Origin: Thiobacillus denitrificans
Lineage (GTDB): Bacteria > Pseudomonadota > Gammaproteobacteria > Burkholderiales > Thiobacillaceae
Assembly: GCA_020723405.1 (NCBI GenBank)
Contig: DYIY01000009.1
Span: forward strand, 110,427 to 174,426
Direction: 5' to 3'
Length of the DNA: 64,000 bases
Notes under the pieces: model-generated
Databases searched by the model: none
The model's input: only the letters and a program-made list of their open reading frames with translations
What the model was told of the DNA's origin: nothing
Shown: piece by piece, positions 41,631 through 51,386 of the stretch
Layout of the letters: every line of letters starts with the position of its first letter
Position numbering within the stretch: the first letter of the stretch is position 1
Position numbers and translations under genes: made by a program

Positions 41631-41737
41631 GAATCCCCCCCAGCCCCCCTTTACGAAAGGGGGGAGAAGATTGTGGATCCCCTCGCCATTCCGCGAGCTG
41701 TTCCCCCCTTTCGTAAAGGGGGGCCAGGGGGGATTTG
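41631..41737. repeat. REP/MITE-like element, locus B (same family; inverted unit pair)
   Basis: GAATCCCCCCCAGCCCCCCTTTACGAAAGGGGGGAG at 41631-41666 and its inverted copy at 41701-41737. Confidence 0.8.
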
Positions 41738-41762
41738 AACCCCTCTCCCAATCCACACCCCC

Positions 41763-42974
41763 ATGACTCCCCACCTCATCCTCATCGGCGGCGGCCCCGC
41801 CGGCCTCATGGCCGCCGAAACCCTGCTGGCCGGCGGCGTCCAGGTGGACCTCTACGACCGCATGCCGTCCCTGGGGCGCAAGTTCCTCCTGGCCGGCCGG
41901 GGTGGCCTGAACCTGACCCATTCCGAACCCCTGCCCGATTTCCTGACCCGTTATGGCGCGCGACAGGCGGAGCTGGAACCCCTGATCGCCGCCTTCGGCC
42001 CGGCCGAACTGCGGGCCTGGGCCGTCGACCTGGGGGTGGAAACCTTCATCGGCAGCTCCGGCCGGGTGTTTCCCAAAGAGATGAAGGCGGCGCCCCTGCT
42101 GCGGGCCTGGCTGCACCGCCTGCGTCAGGCGGGGTTGCGCATCCACGCCGGGCAGCGCTGGCTGGGCTGGCAAGACAATGACCTGCTGTTCAGGGGGCCG
42201 GAAGGGAAACGGACCGTCCGGGCCGACGCGGTGATCCTGGCCCTGGGCGGGGGAAGCTGGTCGAAATTCGGCTCCGACGGGGCCTGGGTGCCCCTGCTAT
42301 CCCAGCGGGGGGTGGCGGTGGCGCCCCTGAAGCCTGCCAACTGCGGTTTCGACGTGGGCTGGAGCGAGCATTTCCGCCAGCGTTTCGCCGGCCAGCCGGT
42401 GAAGCCGGTGGTGGCCGAGTGGGCGGGCACCCGTCGCCAGGGGGAATTCGTCGTCACCGAAACCGGGGTGGAAGGCAGCCTGATCTACGCCTTCTCGGCC
42501 CCCCTGCGCGAGGCCATCACGGAACAGGGGGCCGCCGTCCTCCACCTGGACCTGATGCCGGACTGGCCTCTGGAACGCCTGCTGGGGGAAATCGCCCGGC
42601 CCCGGGGCGCCCGTTCCCTGTCCAGCCACCTGCAAAGCCGGCTGGGCCTGAAGGGGGTGAAGACCGGCCTGCTGCGGGAAGTGCTGGGCGCCGAGGCCCT
42701 GGCCGACCCGGCCCGCCTGGCCGCCGCCATCAAGGCACTGCCCCTGGTCATCCGGGCGCCCCGCCCCCTGGAGGAAGCCATCAGCAGCGCCGGCGGGGTG
42801 GACTTCGCCGGCCTGGATGAGCGGCTCATGATCCAAGCCCTGCCCGGGGTGTTCTGCGCCGGGGAGATGCTGGATTGGGAAGCCCCCACCGGGGGCTACC
42901 TGCTCACCGCCTGTTTCGCCAGCGGCAAGGCGGCGGGGCAGGGCGCCCTGGCCTGGCTGAAGGAGAAGGGCTGA
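41763..42974 (+). CDS. HI0933/BaiN-like flavoprotein (NAD(P)/FAD-dependent oxidoreductase)
   Basis: 403 aa. [15 protein letters not shown]; family-typical C-terminal ...[18 protein letters not shown]. Confidence 0.85.
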   Translation: MTPHLILIGGGPAGLMAAETLLAGGVQVDLYDRMPSLGRKFLLAGRGGLNLTHSEPLPDFLTRYGARQAELEPLIAAFGPAELRAWAVDLGVETFIGSSGRVFPKEMKAAPLLRAWLHRLRQAGLRIHAGQRWLGWQDNDLLFRGPEGKRTVRADAVILALGGGSWSKFGSDGAWVPLLSQRGVAVAPLKPANCGFDVGWSEHFRQRFAGQPVKPVVAEWAGTRRQGEFVVTETGVEGSLIYAFSAPLREAITEQGAAVLHLDLMPDWPLERLLGEIARPRGARSLSSHLQSRLGLKGVKTGLLREVLGAEALADPARLAAAIKALPLVIRAPRPLEEAISSAGGVDFAGLDERLMIQALPGVFCAGEMLDWEAPTGGYLLTACFASGKAAGQGALAWLKEKG

Positions 42975-43420
42975 TGCACATCTGGGTGGACGCCGATGCC
43001 ACGCCGGCCGTGGTGAAAGACATCCTGTTCCGGGCTGCGGAGCGCAAGAAGATCCCCATGACCCTGGTGGCCAACCGCCTGCTGCGGGTGCCGCCCTCGC
43101 CCTACATCACTGCCCTGCAGGTGCCCCAGGGCTTCGACGTGGCGGACAACGAAATCGCCCGCCGGGTGCAAGCGGGGGACCTGGTCATCACCGCCGACAT
43201 CCCCCTGGCCGCCCAGGTCATCGAGGCCGGCGGCCACGCCCTGAATCCCCGGGGGGAGTTCTACAGCCAGGAGAACATCCGGGAAGCCCTGAACCTGCGG
43301 GATTTCATGACCGGCCTGCGCGACGCGGGCCTCAACAGTTCCGGCCCGCCGGCCTTTTCCCAGGCGGACCGGCAGGCCTTCGCCAACCAGTTGGACCGCT
43401 TCCTGGCGAAACTGGGCTGA
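42974..43420 (+). CDS. YaiI/DUF188 (UPF0178) family protein
   Basis: 148 aa, [24 protein letters not shown]... The ATG overlaps the upstream stop (TGATG). Confidence 0.75.
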   Translation: MHIWVDADATPAVVKDILFRAAERKKIPMTLVANRLLRVPPSPYITALQVPQGFDVADNEIARRVQAGDLVITADIPLAAQVIEAGGHALNPRGEFYSQENIREALNLRDFMTGLRDAGLNSSGPPAFSQADRQAFANQLDRFLAKLG

Positions 43421-43424
43421 GCGG

Positions 43425-43526
43425 GATTCCCCCCTTTGAAAAAGGGGGGCTAGGGGGGATTTGACGACGCTGGCCTTAGCGAGCCGGCCAAAATCCCCCT
43501 CGATCCCCCTTTACGAAAGGGGGAAG
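43425..43526. repeat. REP/MITE-like element, locus C (same family; unit order reversed and second unit degenerate)
   Basis: Inverted unit at 43425-43463 and a forward degenerate unit (5 C instead of 6) at 43491-43526. Confidence 0.75.
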
Positions 43527-43538
43527 TACGACGGGAGC

Positions 43539-44468
43539 TCAGAACGCTGCCGCCTCGATCTCCAGGTAGGCCTTGTTGATGTTGCCGCCCATCTGTTCGT
43601 CGAAGTGCTTGAGGGTTTTCCACTCGGTCAGGTCCAGCTTCTGGCGGATCTCGCCATCGGTGAGGCCAGCCTTGTAGCCGGCTTCGATGCCGGCGTAGAG
43701 GCTGGCCATGCGCTGGTGCATGGCGGCGGCGTCTGCCTTGCCCATGACCGGACCGTGGCCGGGGACGATGGTCTTCACCGGCAGGGTCTGCACCTCGGCC
43801 AGGGTGTTGATCCATTCCTTGACCTTGGCGTCGCGGAAGTTGGGGGTGATCTTGTTGACGATCACGTCGCCGGACAGCAGCACCTGGTCGTCGGGCAGCC
43901 AGATCATCAGGTCTCCCAGGGTATGGGCGGCATCGGGCACCCAGAACACCATCTTCACGCCGTGGATGACCACTTCGGTCTTGCTGCTCTTGGGATAGAC
44001 CTGGCTGGCGGGCACGGATCGGGTGTTGGGGAACTTGCGCCCGGTGAGGGATTCGATGAGGGCGATCCACTCGGGGCCGGTGGCTTCCACCAGCTTGCGG
44101 CATTCCTCGGAACTCAGCACCTTGGCGCCGGGGAAGGCGGTGTTGCCCAGGCTGTGGTCGCCGTGGTGGTGGGTGTTGATGACGTGGGTGATCGGCTTCC
44201 TGGTGAGCTTGGCCATGTTCTTCGCCAGCATGCTGCCGATCTCGTCGGTGAAGCCGGTATCCACCACGATGGCGCCGCTGTCGCCCACCAGCAGCACGCT
44301 GTTGACCATGTATCCCATGTTCTTTCTGTCCGGCAGTTCCATGGGGCCCAGCAGGGCGAAGACGCGTTCGTTGACCTTCACCACTTTGGGCTCGGGCAGT
44401 TTGGCGGGGGCGGCCAGAGACTGGAAGTTCAGGACCAGACCAAGCAGCAGGGGCAGCAGGTATTTCAT
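43539..44468 (-). CDS. MBL-fold metallo-hydrolase, secreted
   Basis: Signal peptide MKYLLPLLLGLVLN plus HxHxDH motif (NTHHHGDHS). AAGGAGA RBS. The track ORF extends to 44519. Confidence 0.85.
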   Translation of the reverse strand: MKYLLPLLLGLVLNFQSLAAPAKLPEPKVVKVNERVFALLGPMELPDRKNMGYMVNSVLLVGDSGAIVVDTGFTDEIGSMLAKNMAKLTRKPITHVINTHHHGDHSLGNTAFPGAKVLSSEECRKLVEATGPEWIALIESLTGRKFPNTRSVPASQVYPKSSKTEVVIHGVKMVFWVPDAAHTLGDLMIWLPDDQVLLSGDVIVNKITPNFRDAKVKEWINTLAEVQTLPVKTIVPGHGPVMGKADAAAMHQRMASLYAGIEAGYKAGLTDGEIRQKLDLTEWKTLKHFDEQMGGNINKAYLEIEAAAF

Positions 44469-44547
44469 GGCGGGAGTCTCCTTTCCGGGGGGCAGGCGCT
44501 GCGCCATGTTAGCCGTCACCGCAGGGAGCGCCTATGTGACGTTTGCA

Positions 44548-45264
44548 TCACCCCCCGCCGGCCAGGGCGTCCAGGTCCGCCTTCTCCAGCCAGCGCCATT
44601 GGCCCGGTCCCAGCTCTGCGGGGAGATCCAGGTTGCCCACCCGGTACCGGTGCAGGGCTTCCACCCGGTTGCCGGCGGCGGCCACCATGCGTTTCACCTG
44701 GTGGTACCTGCCCTCGGCGATGACCAGTTCCAGGCGGTGTTCGTCCAGCCGTTGGCAGGCCAGGGCCGCCACCGGCACCGGGTCATCGTGGAGCTGCACG
44801 CCGGCCAGCAGGCGCCCGGCCAGGCCGTCGTCGATGGGGTGTTTGCAGGTGACCCGATAGGTCTTGGCCACGTGGCGGCGGGGGGAGGTGTAGTGGTGGA
44901 CGAATGCGCCATCGTCGGACAGCAGCAACAGACCGGTACTGTCCTGGTCCAACCGGCCCACGGGTTGGATGCTCCGGTTCACCAGGGGCAAAGGCAGCAG
45001 GGAGAACACGGATGGATGGTGCCGGGTCTGACGGGAACACTCGTAGCCGGCCGGCTTGTGCAACATCAGGTAGGCCTTGTCGCGCCAGACCCAGGTCTGG
45101 CCGTCCACGCCCAGCAACCGTCCGGGGCCGGAAAAGGCCGCATCCGGATCAAGGCAGGGCCTGCCGTCCACCGTCACCCGGCCGGCAAGCACCTGTTCCC
45201 GGCACGCCTTGCGGCTGCCGAAGCCCTGGGATTGGAGCAGGCGGAACAGGGGCAGGGGGGTCAT
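44548..45264 (-). CDS. rsuA: Pseudouridine synthase, RsuA/RluB family
   Basis: S4 domain N-terminus and catalytic PVGRLDQDSTGLLLLSDDG. Confidence 0.85.
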   Translation of the reverse strand: MTPLPLFRLLQSQGFGSRKACREQVLAGRVTVDGRPCLDPDAAFSGPGRLLGVDGQTWVWRDKAYLMLHKPAGYECSRQTRHHPSVFSLLPLPLVNRSIQPVGRLDQDSTGLLLLSDDGAFVHHYTSPRRHVAKTYRVTCKHPIDDGLAGRLLAGVQLHDDPVPVAALACQRLDEHRLELVIAEGRYHQVKRMVAAAGNRVEALHRYRVGNLDLPAELGPGQWRWLEKADLDALAGGG

Positions 45265-45273
45265 CGCGTCACG

Positions 45274-45501
45274 TCACAGGGCCTGGCCGGCCTTGCGGCA
45301 CTCGCAATTCAGGGTGATGCCCTCGCCGGGCCGGGCGCTGCAACTGAAGGCCTGGACTCCGGCGTTGCCGCACACGGCCTGGCATTGCTGTTCCTTGTTG
45401 GCGCAGGCGTTGGCGTACTCGGGGTTGGGGGTCTCGCTGGAATTGAAGGAGATGCAGCCGGCCAGGGGCAGTGCCAGGATGAGGACAAGGAAGAATTTCA
45501 T
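45274..45501 (-). CDS. Small Cys-rich lipoprotein (75 aa)
   Basis: MKFFLVLILALPLAGC lipobox and GGAGG RBS. The track ORF extends to 45618. Confidence 0.5.
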   Translation of the reverse strand: MKFFLVLILALPLAGCISFNSSETPNPEYANACANKEQQCQAVCGNAGVQAFSCSARPGEGITLNCECRKAGQAL

Positions 45502-45676
45502 GATGGCCTCCAAGCGTGAAGAGGCCTCAAGTTTGCCAGCAAGCTCTCGTAAATGAAGGAGATTGATCACAGTGTACGCAGGGTCCGTCGCGCCCGGTGG
45601 ATCAAAAACCTTGATCATGCTGGCCTGGGCGCGGCGGGATAATTTTCAATTTTGTGACACGAAGAAGGTGAACCCC

Positions 45677-46762
45677 ATGGTCATGCGTAAGACAGCCAGC
45701 GAAACCACGCCCGCCCCCCGTCGTCGCCGTTCCCCCGGAAAACCCGTTGTTGCTGCCGACGCCACGGTGCCGCCCGTTGCCGAAACGGTGGTGGAAGTCC
45801 CGGCCGAGGCCGGGGTGGTGGCCATTCCCCAAACCCCGCCCGGCCACGACGCCAACCCGGCGGCTGTGGCGGAAATCGAGGCTGTGAGCCACGAACCGGT
45901 GGCCATGGCAGTGGCCCACGCCCCCCATGGCAGCAGCGAGGAAAGTGATTACGCGGCCCTGCCCGCCAGCTATCCCTATCGGACCCGCCTGCGCCGGGCG
46001 GATTACGAAGCCCAGAAGGAAAAGCTGCAGATCGAGCTGCTCAAGGTGCAGAGCTGGGTGAAGGAGACGGGCCAGAAGGTCGTCATCCTCTTCGAGGGAC
46101 GGGACGCGGCGGGCAAGGGCGGCACCATCAAGCGCTACATGGAGCATCTCAATCCCCGGGGCGCCCGGGTGGTGGCCCTGGACAAGCCCTCGGAACGGGA
46201 GCGGGGCCAGTGGTATTTCCAGCGCTACATCCAACACCTGCCCACCAGCGGCGAAATGGTCTTCTTCGACCGCTCCTGGTACAACCGGGCCGGGGTGGAA
46301 CGGGTGATGGGCTTCTGCTCGCCCCACGAATACCTGGAGTTCATGCGCCAGACACCGGAGTTCGAGCGCATGCTGGCCAACGCCGGGGTGCGCCTCTACA
46401 AGTTCTGGTTCTCGGTGAGCCGGGAGGAGCAGTTGCGCCGCTTCATCTCCCGCCGGGACGATCCCCTCAAACACTGGAAGCTTTCGCCCATCGACATCAA
46501 GTCCCTGGACATGTGGGACCAATACACCGATGCCAAGAACGCCATGTTCTTCCACACCGACACGGCGGACGCCCCCTGGGTGGTGATCAAGTCGGACGAC
46601 AAGAAGCGGGCCCGCCTCAATTGCATGCGCCACTTCCTGCACAGCCTGCCCTACCCGGGCAAGGACGAGCACGTGGCCCACGCCCCGGATCCCCTGCTGG
46701 TGGGCACGGCCCAGCAGGTGCTGGCGGGAGAGGAGAACCTGCTGCCCCGCTTCACCACCTGA
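45677..46762 (+). CDS. ppk2: Polyphosphate kinase 2
   Basis: PPK2 Walker A FEGRDAAGKGG, Walker B DRSWYNRAGVE and lid motifs. AAGGTG RBS. Confidence 0.9.
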   Translation: MVMRKTASETTPAPRRRRSPGKPVVAADATVPPVAETVVEVPAEAGVVAIPQTPPGHDANPAAVAEIEAVSHEPVAMAVAHAPHGSSEESDYAALPASYPYRTRLRRADYEAQKEKLQIELLKVQSWVKETGQKVVILFEGRDAAGKGGTIKRYMEHLNPRGARVVALDKPSERERGQWYFQRYIQHLPTSGEMVFFDRSWYNRAGVERVMGFCSPHEYLEFMRQTPEFERMLANAGVRLYKFWFSVSREEQLRRFISRRDDPLKHWKLSPIDIKSLDMWDQYTDAKNAMFFHTDTADAPWVVIKSDDKKRARLNCMRHFLHSLPYPGKDEHVAHAPDPLLVGTAQQVLAGEENLLPRFTT

Positions 46763-46774
46763 GGGCCGGCGGGC

Positions 46775-47347
46775 TCAGCGGACTTCCCAGGTGCCCGGCG
46801 CGGTCTGGCAGGCTTCGCCCTGGCGGGTCTTGCCGGCCACGGTCAGTTCGAAGGTGCGGCAGGGCAGGCCGTTCCGGGTGCTGCCGCGCAGGGGCTTGAG
46901 GCGGTAGGCAGTACCGGCGTCGTCCTTCCAGGACACCTTCTGGCCGTCCCGGGCCAGTTCCAGGGCGTGGCCGATGCAGGCTGCGTCGTTGCGGTCCATG
47001 TCGCGCCCCACCTGGGCGCCGAGGAGGGCGCCCAGGGCGGTGCCCACCACGATGGCCACCTTGTTGCCGTCGCCCTTGCCGATCTGGCTGCCCACGGCGC
47101 CCCCCACCACGGCCCCCAGCACCGCGCCCACCGCTTCCCGGTGGCAGGTGCCGGCGGTGATGCCGTAGTCCTGATCCCATTTCTTGCCGGTATAGCCCTG
47201 GTAGGACGGGTCGTGCTGCTTGCGCCAGCCGTGGGCCGGGGCATGGGAGGGCGGGGTGGCCAGGGCGGCCGCCTGGCAGGCGAGCAACAGGGCGGCCAGC
47301 AGGCTACGGGTTCCGAAGCGCGGAAGGGTCATGGCGGAGCTCCTCAT
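46775..47347 (-). CDS. Glycine-zipper / 17-kDa-antigen-like outer-membrane lipoprotein
   Basis: Signal peptide plus lipobox (LLLACQ) and a glycine-zipper stretch (VGAVLGAVVGGAVGSQIG...VGTALGALLGAQVG). Confidence 0.6.
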   Translation of the reverse strand: MRSSAMTLPRFGTRSLLAALLLACQAAALATPPSHAPAHGWRKQHDPSYQGYTGKKWDQDYGITAGTCHREAVGAVLGAVVGGAVGSQIGKGDGNKVAIVVGTALGALLGAQVGRDMDRNDAACIGHALELARDGQKVSWKDDAGTAYRLKPLRGSTRNGLPCRTFELTVAGKTRQGEACQTAPGTWEVR

Positions 47348-47351
47348 CTTG

Positions 47352-47879
47352 TCAAAGGAAAAAGCCCAGGATACCCAGGATCATCACCACCATGCCCGCA
47401 GTGACGATGGTGCTGTCCGGTTCGTGGAGGTGCTGGCGCACTTCCAGTTCCATCCGGTCCAGCTTGATGTCGGGCTCGGCGGCGGGGCTGATTTCCACAT
47501 GATAGGTGCCGGCCTGGACCACCTGGAAGAAAAGCAGGTGCTCCTTGAAGGCCGGGTTGGAGTCGGCCACGTTCTTCACCCCCAGGCTGATGTTGAGGGG
47601 TTTGGCCGCCTGGCCGTCCCGGAACAGGGTGACGGCGTAGCCATCCTTGGGGGGCTGGCTCTCGTGCATGTTGGGGGAGAAGCTGCCGGTGGCGTGGAGA
47701 ATCAGGCCCACCGGCGCCATGTCGGGGCTGAGCCTGAAATCGGCCGACCGCCAGCCCGTTCCGGCCCGGTCGAGTTTCAGCAGGGCAGCCTGGGAGCCGG
47801 TGTAGAACTTGGCATAGACCCAGTAGGCGGGACCGGCGATGAGGCCGGCGATGAGCAGCAGCAGGGAGAGGTTCTTCAT
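47352..47879 (-). CDS. Hypothetical membrane-anchored protein
   Basis: N- and C-terminal TM segments. Overlaps the hybrid HK stop. No family recognised. Confidence 0.5.
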   Translation of the reverse strand: MKNLSLLLLIAGLIAGPAYWVYAKFYTGSQAALLKLDRAGTGWRSADFRLSPDMAPVGLILHATGSFSPNMHESQPPKDGYAVTLFRDGQAAKPLNISLGVKNVADSNPAFKEHLLFFQVVQAGTYHVEISPAAEPDIKLDRMELEVRQHLHEPDSTIVTAGMVVMILGILGFFL

Positions 47880-49864
47880 TGGGTGGTCGTGGCTTTGGCG
47901 GGCCGGCCGGCTTCGCCGGACAGCAGGTGGGAGAGGAAGGCCCGCAGTTTGGCGGGCTTCAGGGGTTTGTGCAGCACCGGCAGATGGCTGGCGTTGATGG
48001 CCTGGATGGTGTCCGGCGCCGTGTCGCCGGTCAACAGGGCGGCAGCAATGTCCTGGCCGAAGGCGTCCCGCAGCAGGCTTACCGCTTCGATGCCGTTGCG
48101 GCCGTCGCGCAGCCGATAGTCACACAGGATGATGTCCGGCCGGCGGCCCAATTCCAGCAATTCCTGTTTTACCTGTTCGGCGTTCTCTCCCACCGCCAGG
48201 GCGACACCCCAGTGGTCGAAGACTTCCACCATGGCACCCAGGATGGCCTCGTCGTCATCGATGAAGGCCACCAGGGCATTCTCCAGGGGCAGGGCAAAGC
48301 CGGGCGAGACGGGCACCGCCTGGGCCATCTGCTGGGTGGCCGGGGCACAGCGCGACACCTGGAGGCTGAAACAGGACCCCTTGCCCAGGGTGGAGCGGAC
48401 ACTCACCCGGCTGCCCAACAGTTGCGCCGTCCGGGAGACGATGGCCAGGCCCAGACCCAGGCCTTTGTCCCGGTGGCGTTCCGGGTTCTCCATCTGGAAA
48501 TACTCCTCGAAGATGCGCCCGAGGAATTCCTGGGGAATGCCCCGGCCCGTGTCCCAGACCTCCAGGCGCAGCCATTCCTTGTGGATGCGCCGGACGCCGA
48601 TGAGCACCCGGCCCTGGTCGGTATAGCGCAGGGCGTTGGACAGGAGGTTGGCCAGGATGCGCTCCAGCAGGGCCGGGTCGGAAAATACCCAGAGCTCGCT
48701 GGAACGGACCTTGAGTTGCAAGCCCTTCTCCTGGGCCAGGGGGGTGAACTGGCGCTCCAGGCTTTTCAGGACCCGCTCCACCGGGAAGCAGACCGGACGG
48801 GCTTCCACCACCCCGGCGTCCAGCCGGGACAGGTCCAGCAGGGCGTTGAGCAGGCTTTCCATGGCGCTGGCCGAAGCTTCGATGTGCTCGGCCAGGCGTT
48901 TCGATTCCTTCTCCCAGACCCGCTCCTTGAGGGCGGTGACCAGCAGGGTGAGGGCGTGCAGGGGCTGGCGCAGGTCATGGCTGGCCGCCGCCAGGAAGCG
49001 GGATTTGGCCAGCACGGCGGCCTCCGCCGCCTGCTTCTGGCCCAGCAGTTCGGCGGTGGCTTCCGTGATGCGCCGTTCCAGGGTGCGCTGGTTTTCCTCC
49101 AGGGCGCTGGCCATGCTGTTGACGCCCCGTTCCAGGCGGCCGATCTCGCCGGGGGAGCCTTCCGGCACCCGTTGCGCCAGATCGCCGTCCGCCAGGGTGC
49201 CCACGGCGCGGGTCAGGGCATGCAGGGGGGAACTGACGCCGCCGGCCAGCCGCCAGGCCAGCACCAGGGCCAGGAGAATGCTCAGGCCGGCCATGCCGGC
49301 GGCGGCCAGGCCGATCTCGGAGCGGGTCAGTTCCACCTTGGAACGGTCCAGCACCAGCACCAGATAGGCCTTGGGCTGCTCCAGAGCGGTACTGGGCAGG
49401 TAAGGATCCATCTCCGAGCTGGCGCTGAGCTTCACGGCGTTCATGAAATAGAGCATGGTGCCCCGGCGCCATTGGCTTGGATGCTGGGCGGGGGTGGGCG
49501 AAGGGAGCACGCTGGCCCGGCCGCTGACGATGAGCCAGTCCCGACCGTCGCTCACGGCGATGGCCAGGATGTTGCGGGTGGAGCGTTCGAAATCCAGCAG
49601 CCGCTTGACGTTGGGCAGATTGTCGGTGAACAGGTCGTAGGCGATGGCTTCGGCCAGATGCCGGGAGGAATCGTGGCCCGTCTCCAGCAGATCCCGCTCG
49701 GCTTCGCTGACCCCCCGGTGGGCGAAGTAGGCGGCGAACAGGCCCACTGCCACCAGCAGGGGGAGCAGGGCCACGATCAGGATGCGCAGCCGCAGGTTGA
49801 GATAGGGCCTGAAACTGCTCACCGGTCGGCCAGCACCCGCTTGCGCGGGTGCCTCAGTCACCAT
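47876..49864 (-). CDS. Hybrid sensor histidine kinase (HAMP-HisKA-HATPase-REC)
   Basis: H-box AASHDLRQPLHAL, ATPase N/G boxes, and a C-terminal receiver (ILCDYRLRDGRNG). Confidence 0.9.
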   Translation of the reverse strand: MVTEAPAQAGAGRPVSSFRPYLNLRLRILIVALLPLLVAVGLFAAYFAHRGVSEAERDLLETGHDSSRHLAEAIAYDLFTDNLPNVKRLLDFERSTRNILAIAVSDGRDWLIVSGRASVLPSPTPAQHPSQWRRGTMLYFMNAVKLSASSEMDPYLPSTALEQPKAYLVLVLDRSKVELTRSEIGLAAAGMAGLSILLALVLAWRLAGGVSSPLHALTRAVGTLADGDLAQRVPEGSPGEIGRLERGVNSMASALEENQRTLERRITEATAELLGQKQAAEAAVLAKSRFLAAASHDLRQPLHALTLLVTALKERVWEKESKRLAEHIEASASAMESLLNALLDLSRLDAGVVEARPVCFPVERVLKSLERQFTPLAQEKGLQLKVRSSELWVFSDPALLERILANLLSNALRYTDQGRVLIGVRRIHKEWLRLEVWDTGRGIPQEFLGRIFEEYFQMENPERHRDKGLGLGLAIVSRTAQLLGSRVSVRSTLGKGSCFSLQVSRCAPATQQMAQAVPVSPGFALPLENALVAFIDDDEAILGAMVEVFDHWGVALAVGENAEQVKQELLELGRRPDIILCDYRLRDGRNGIEAVSLLRDAFGQDIAAALLTGDTAPDTIQAINASHLPVLHKPLKPAKLRAFLSHLLSGEAGRPAKATTTQ

Positions 49865-50495
49865 CCAGGCCCATCTTCTGGGCCACCAGAACCGCCTCGG
49901 TGCGGTTGTTCACCTTGAGGATCTTGAATATCTGGGCCAGGTGCAGCTTCACCGTGCCTTCCGTCACGTCCAGGGCATAACCGATCTGCTTGTTGCTCTG
50001 GCCCTTGGCCAACTCCCGCAGAACCTGGATCTGCCGGTAGGACAGGGCCGGATAACGGCTGCACACCGGCATGCCGGAACTGCCGTCCTCCTGGGGCGGA
50101 AACAGTTCGGGCGGGGCGTAGATGCTCCCTGCCAAAACCTGCTTCAGGGCGCTGAGGATGGTCTCGCTGGGGGAGGCCTTGGAAATGAAGCCCAGGGCAC
50201 CGGCGCCGAGGAGTTGCTGGATGTCTTCCCGCTGTTCCGAAGCGGAAAGCACCACCAGGGGCACGTCGGGATAGGTGGCGCGGAAGCGGACGATGCCTTC
50301 GATGCCCGACATGCCGGGCATGTAGAGATCCATGAGGACCAGATCCACTTCCCCCGCCTGGCGCATGGTGTCGAAGGCGGAGGGATAGTCCACTGCCTCG
50401 TGGATGGTGACGTGCCGTTCCAGTTTCTCCAGGACGGGTTTGACCCCGGCCCGGAACAAGGGGTGATCGTCAGCCAGCAGAATCTTCAAGGGCAC
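49854..50495 (-). CDS. LuxR/NarL-family response regulator
   Basis: REC domain (ILLADDHPLFRAG...DLVLMDLYMPGMSG) plus a LuxR HTH. Overlaps the HK start by 11 nt. Confidence 0.9.
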   Translation of the reverse strand: MPLKILLADDHPLFRAGVKPVLEKLERHVTIHEAVDYPSAFDTMRQAGEVDLVLMDLYMPGMSGIEGIVRFRATYPDVPLVVLSASEQREDIQQLLGAGALGFISKASPSETILSALKQVLAGSIYAPPELFPPQEDGSSGMPVCSRYPALSYRQIQVLRELAKGQSNKQIGYALDVTEGTVKLHLAQIFKILKVNNRTEAVLVAQKMGLDGD

Positions 50496-50513
50496 CTCCC
50501 GATGCGTGTGTGC

Positions 50514-51365
50514 TTATTCACTCTGCAAGCCCAGGCGCTGCCACAGGGTCGTGGTCAGGCCGGCCTGGTTCAGGGCATAGAAGTGCAGGCCCGGCGCGCC
50601 GCCGGCCAGCAGCCGCTCGCACATGCCGGCGACGAAATCCAGGCCGAAGGCGCGGATGGACTCCACGTCGTCCAGGTAGCTCTCCATCTTGCGGCTGAAC
50701 CAGCGGGGAATTTCCGCCCCGCAGGCGGCCGAGAAGCGGGACAACTGGCTGAAGTTGGAGATGGGCATGATGCCCGGCACGATGGGCAGGGTCACTCCCA
50801 GCCGGGCACAGTCCTCGACGAAATTGAAGTAGGCGTCGGCGTTGTAGAAATACTGGGTGATGGCCGCATTGGCGCCGGCCTCCACCTTGCGCTTGAAGTT
50901 GGCCAGATCGTCCCGGTAGTTGCGTGCCTGGGGATGGGTCTCCGGATAGGCGGCCACCTCGATCTGGAACCAGTCGCCGGTTTCCTGGCGGATGAAACTC
51001 ACCAGTTCGTTGGCGTAGCGGAATTCCCCCGGCTCGGCCATGCCCGAGGGCAGGTCGCCGCGCAGGGCGACGATGTGGCGGATGCCGTTGGCCTTGTAGG
51101 TCTCCAGGATCTCCCCCAGGTTGTCCCGGGTGGAGCCCACGCAGGACAGGTGGGGGGCGGCGGCCAGGCCCTCGGCCTGGATCTCCAGCACGGTTTCCAG
51201 GGTCCGGTCCCGGGTGGAGCCACCGGCGCCGAAGGTCACCGAGAAGAAGCGGGGCTTCAGCAGGGCCAGTTGCCGGCGGGTCTCGCGCAGCTTGGCCACC
51301 CCCTCCGGCGTCTTGGGCGGAAAGAACTCGATGCTGTAGATGGGCTGGGCCATGGTATGAATCAA
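50514..51365 (-). CDS. metF: 5,10-methylenetetrahydrofolate reductase
   Basis: Collinear with E. coli MetF (FEFFPPKT, GIRHIVALRGD, ITQYFYN). Confidence 0.93.
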   Translation of the reverse strand: MIHTMAQPIYSIEFFPPKTPEGVAKLRETRRQLALLKPRFFSVTFGAGGSTRDRTLETVLEIQAEGLAAAPHLSCVGSTRDNLGEILETYKANGIRHIVALRGDLPSGMAEPGEFRYANELVSFIRQETGDWFQIEVAAYPETHPQARNYRDDLANFKRKVEAGANAAITQYFYNADAYFNFVEDCARLGVTLPIVPGIMPISNFSQLSRFSAACGAEIPRWFSRKMESYLDDVESIRAFGLDFVAGMCERLLAGGAPGLHFYALNQAGLTTTLWQRLGLQSE

Positions 51366-51386
51366 CTGGGTCGGAAGGGGGCGATT

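Noticed and set aside
39521-43526. CRISPR array (short G/C-rich repeats recurring)
   Set aside because: Only six units, in inverted pairs 1.8-2 kb apart with genes in between. There are no regular spacers and no cas genes.
44469-44547. TGGCGC-N5-CTGCC sigma54-like match upstream of the MBL hydrolase gene
   Set aside because: Weak -12 element and highly GC-biased context. Likely chance.
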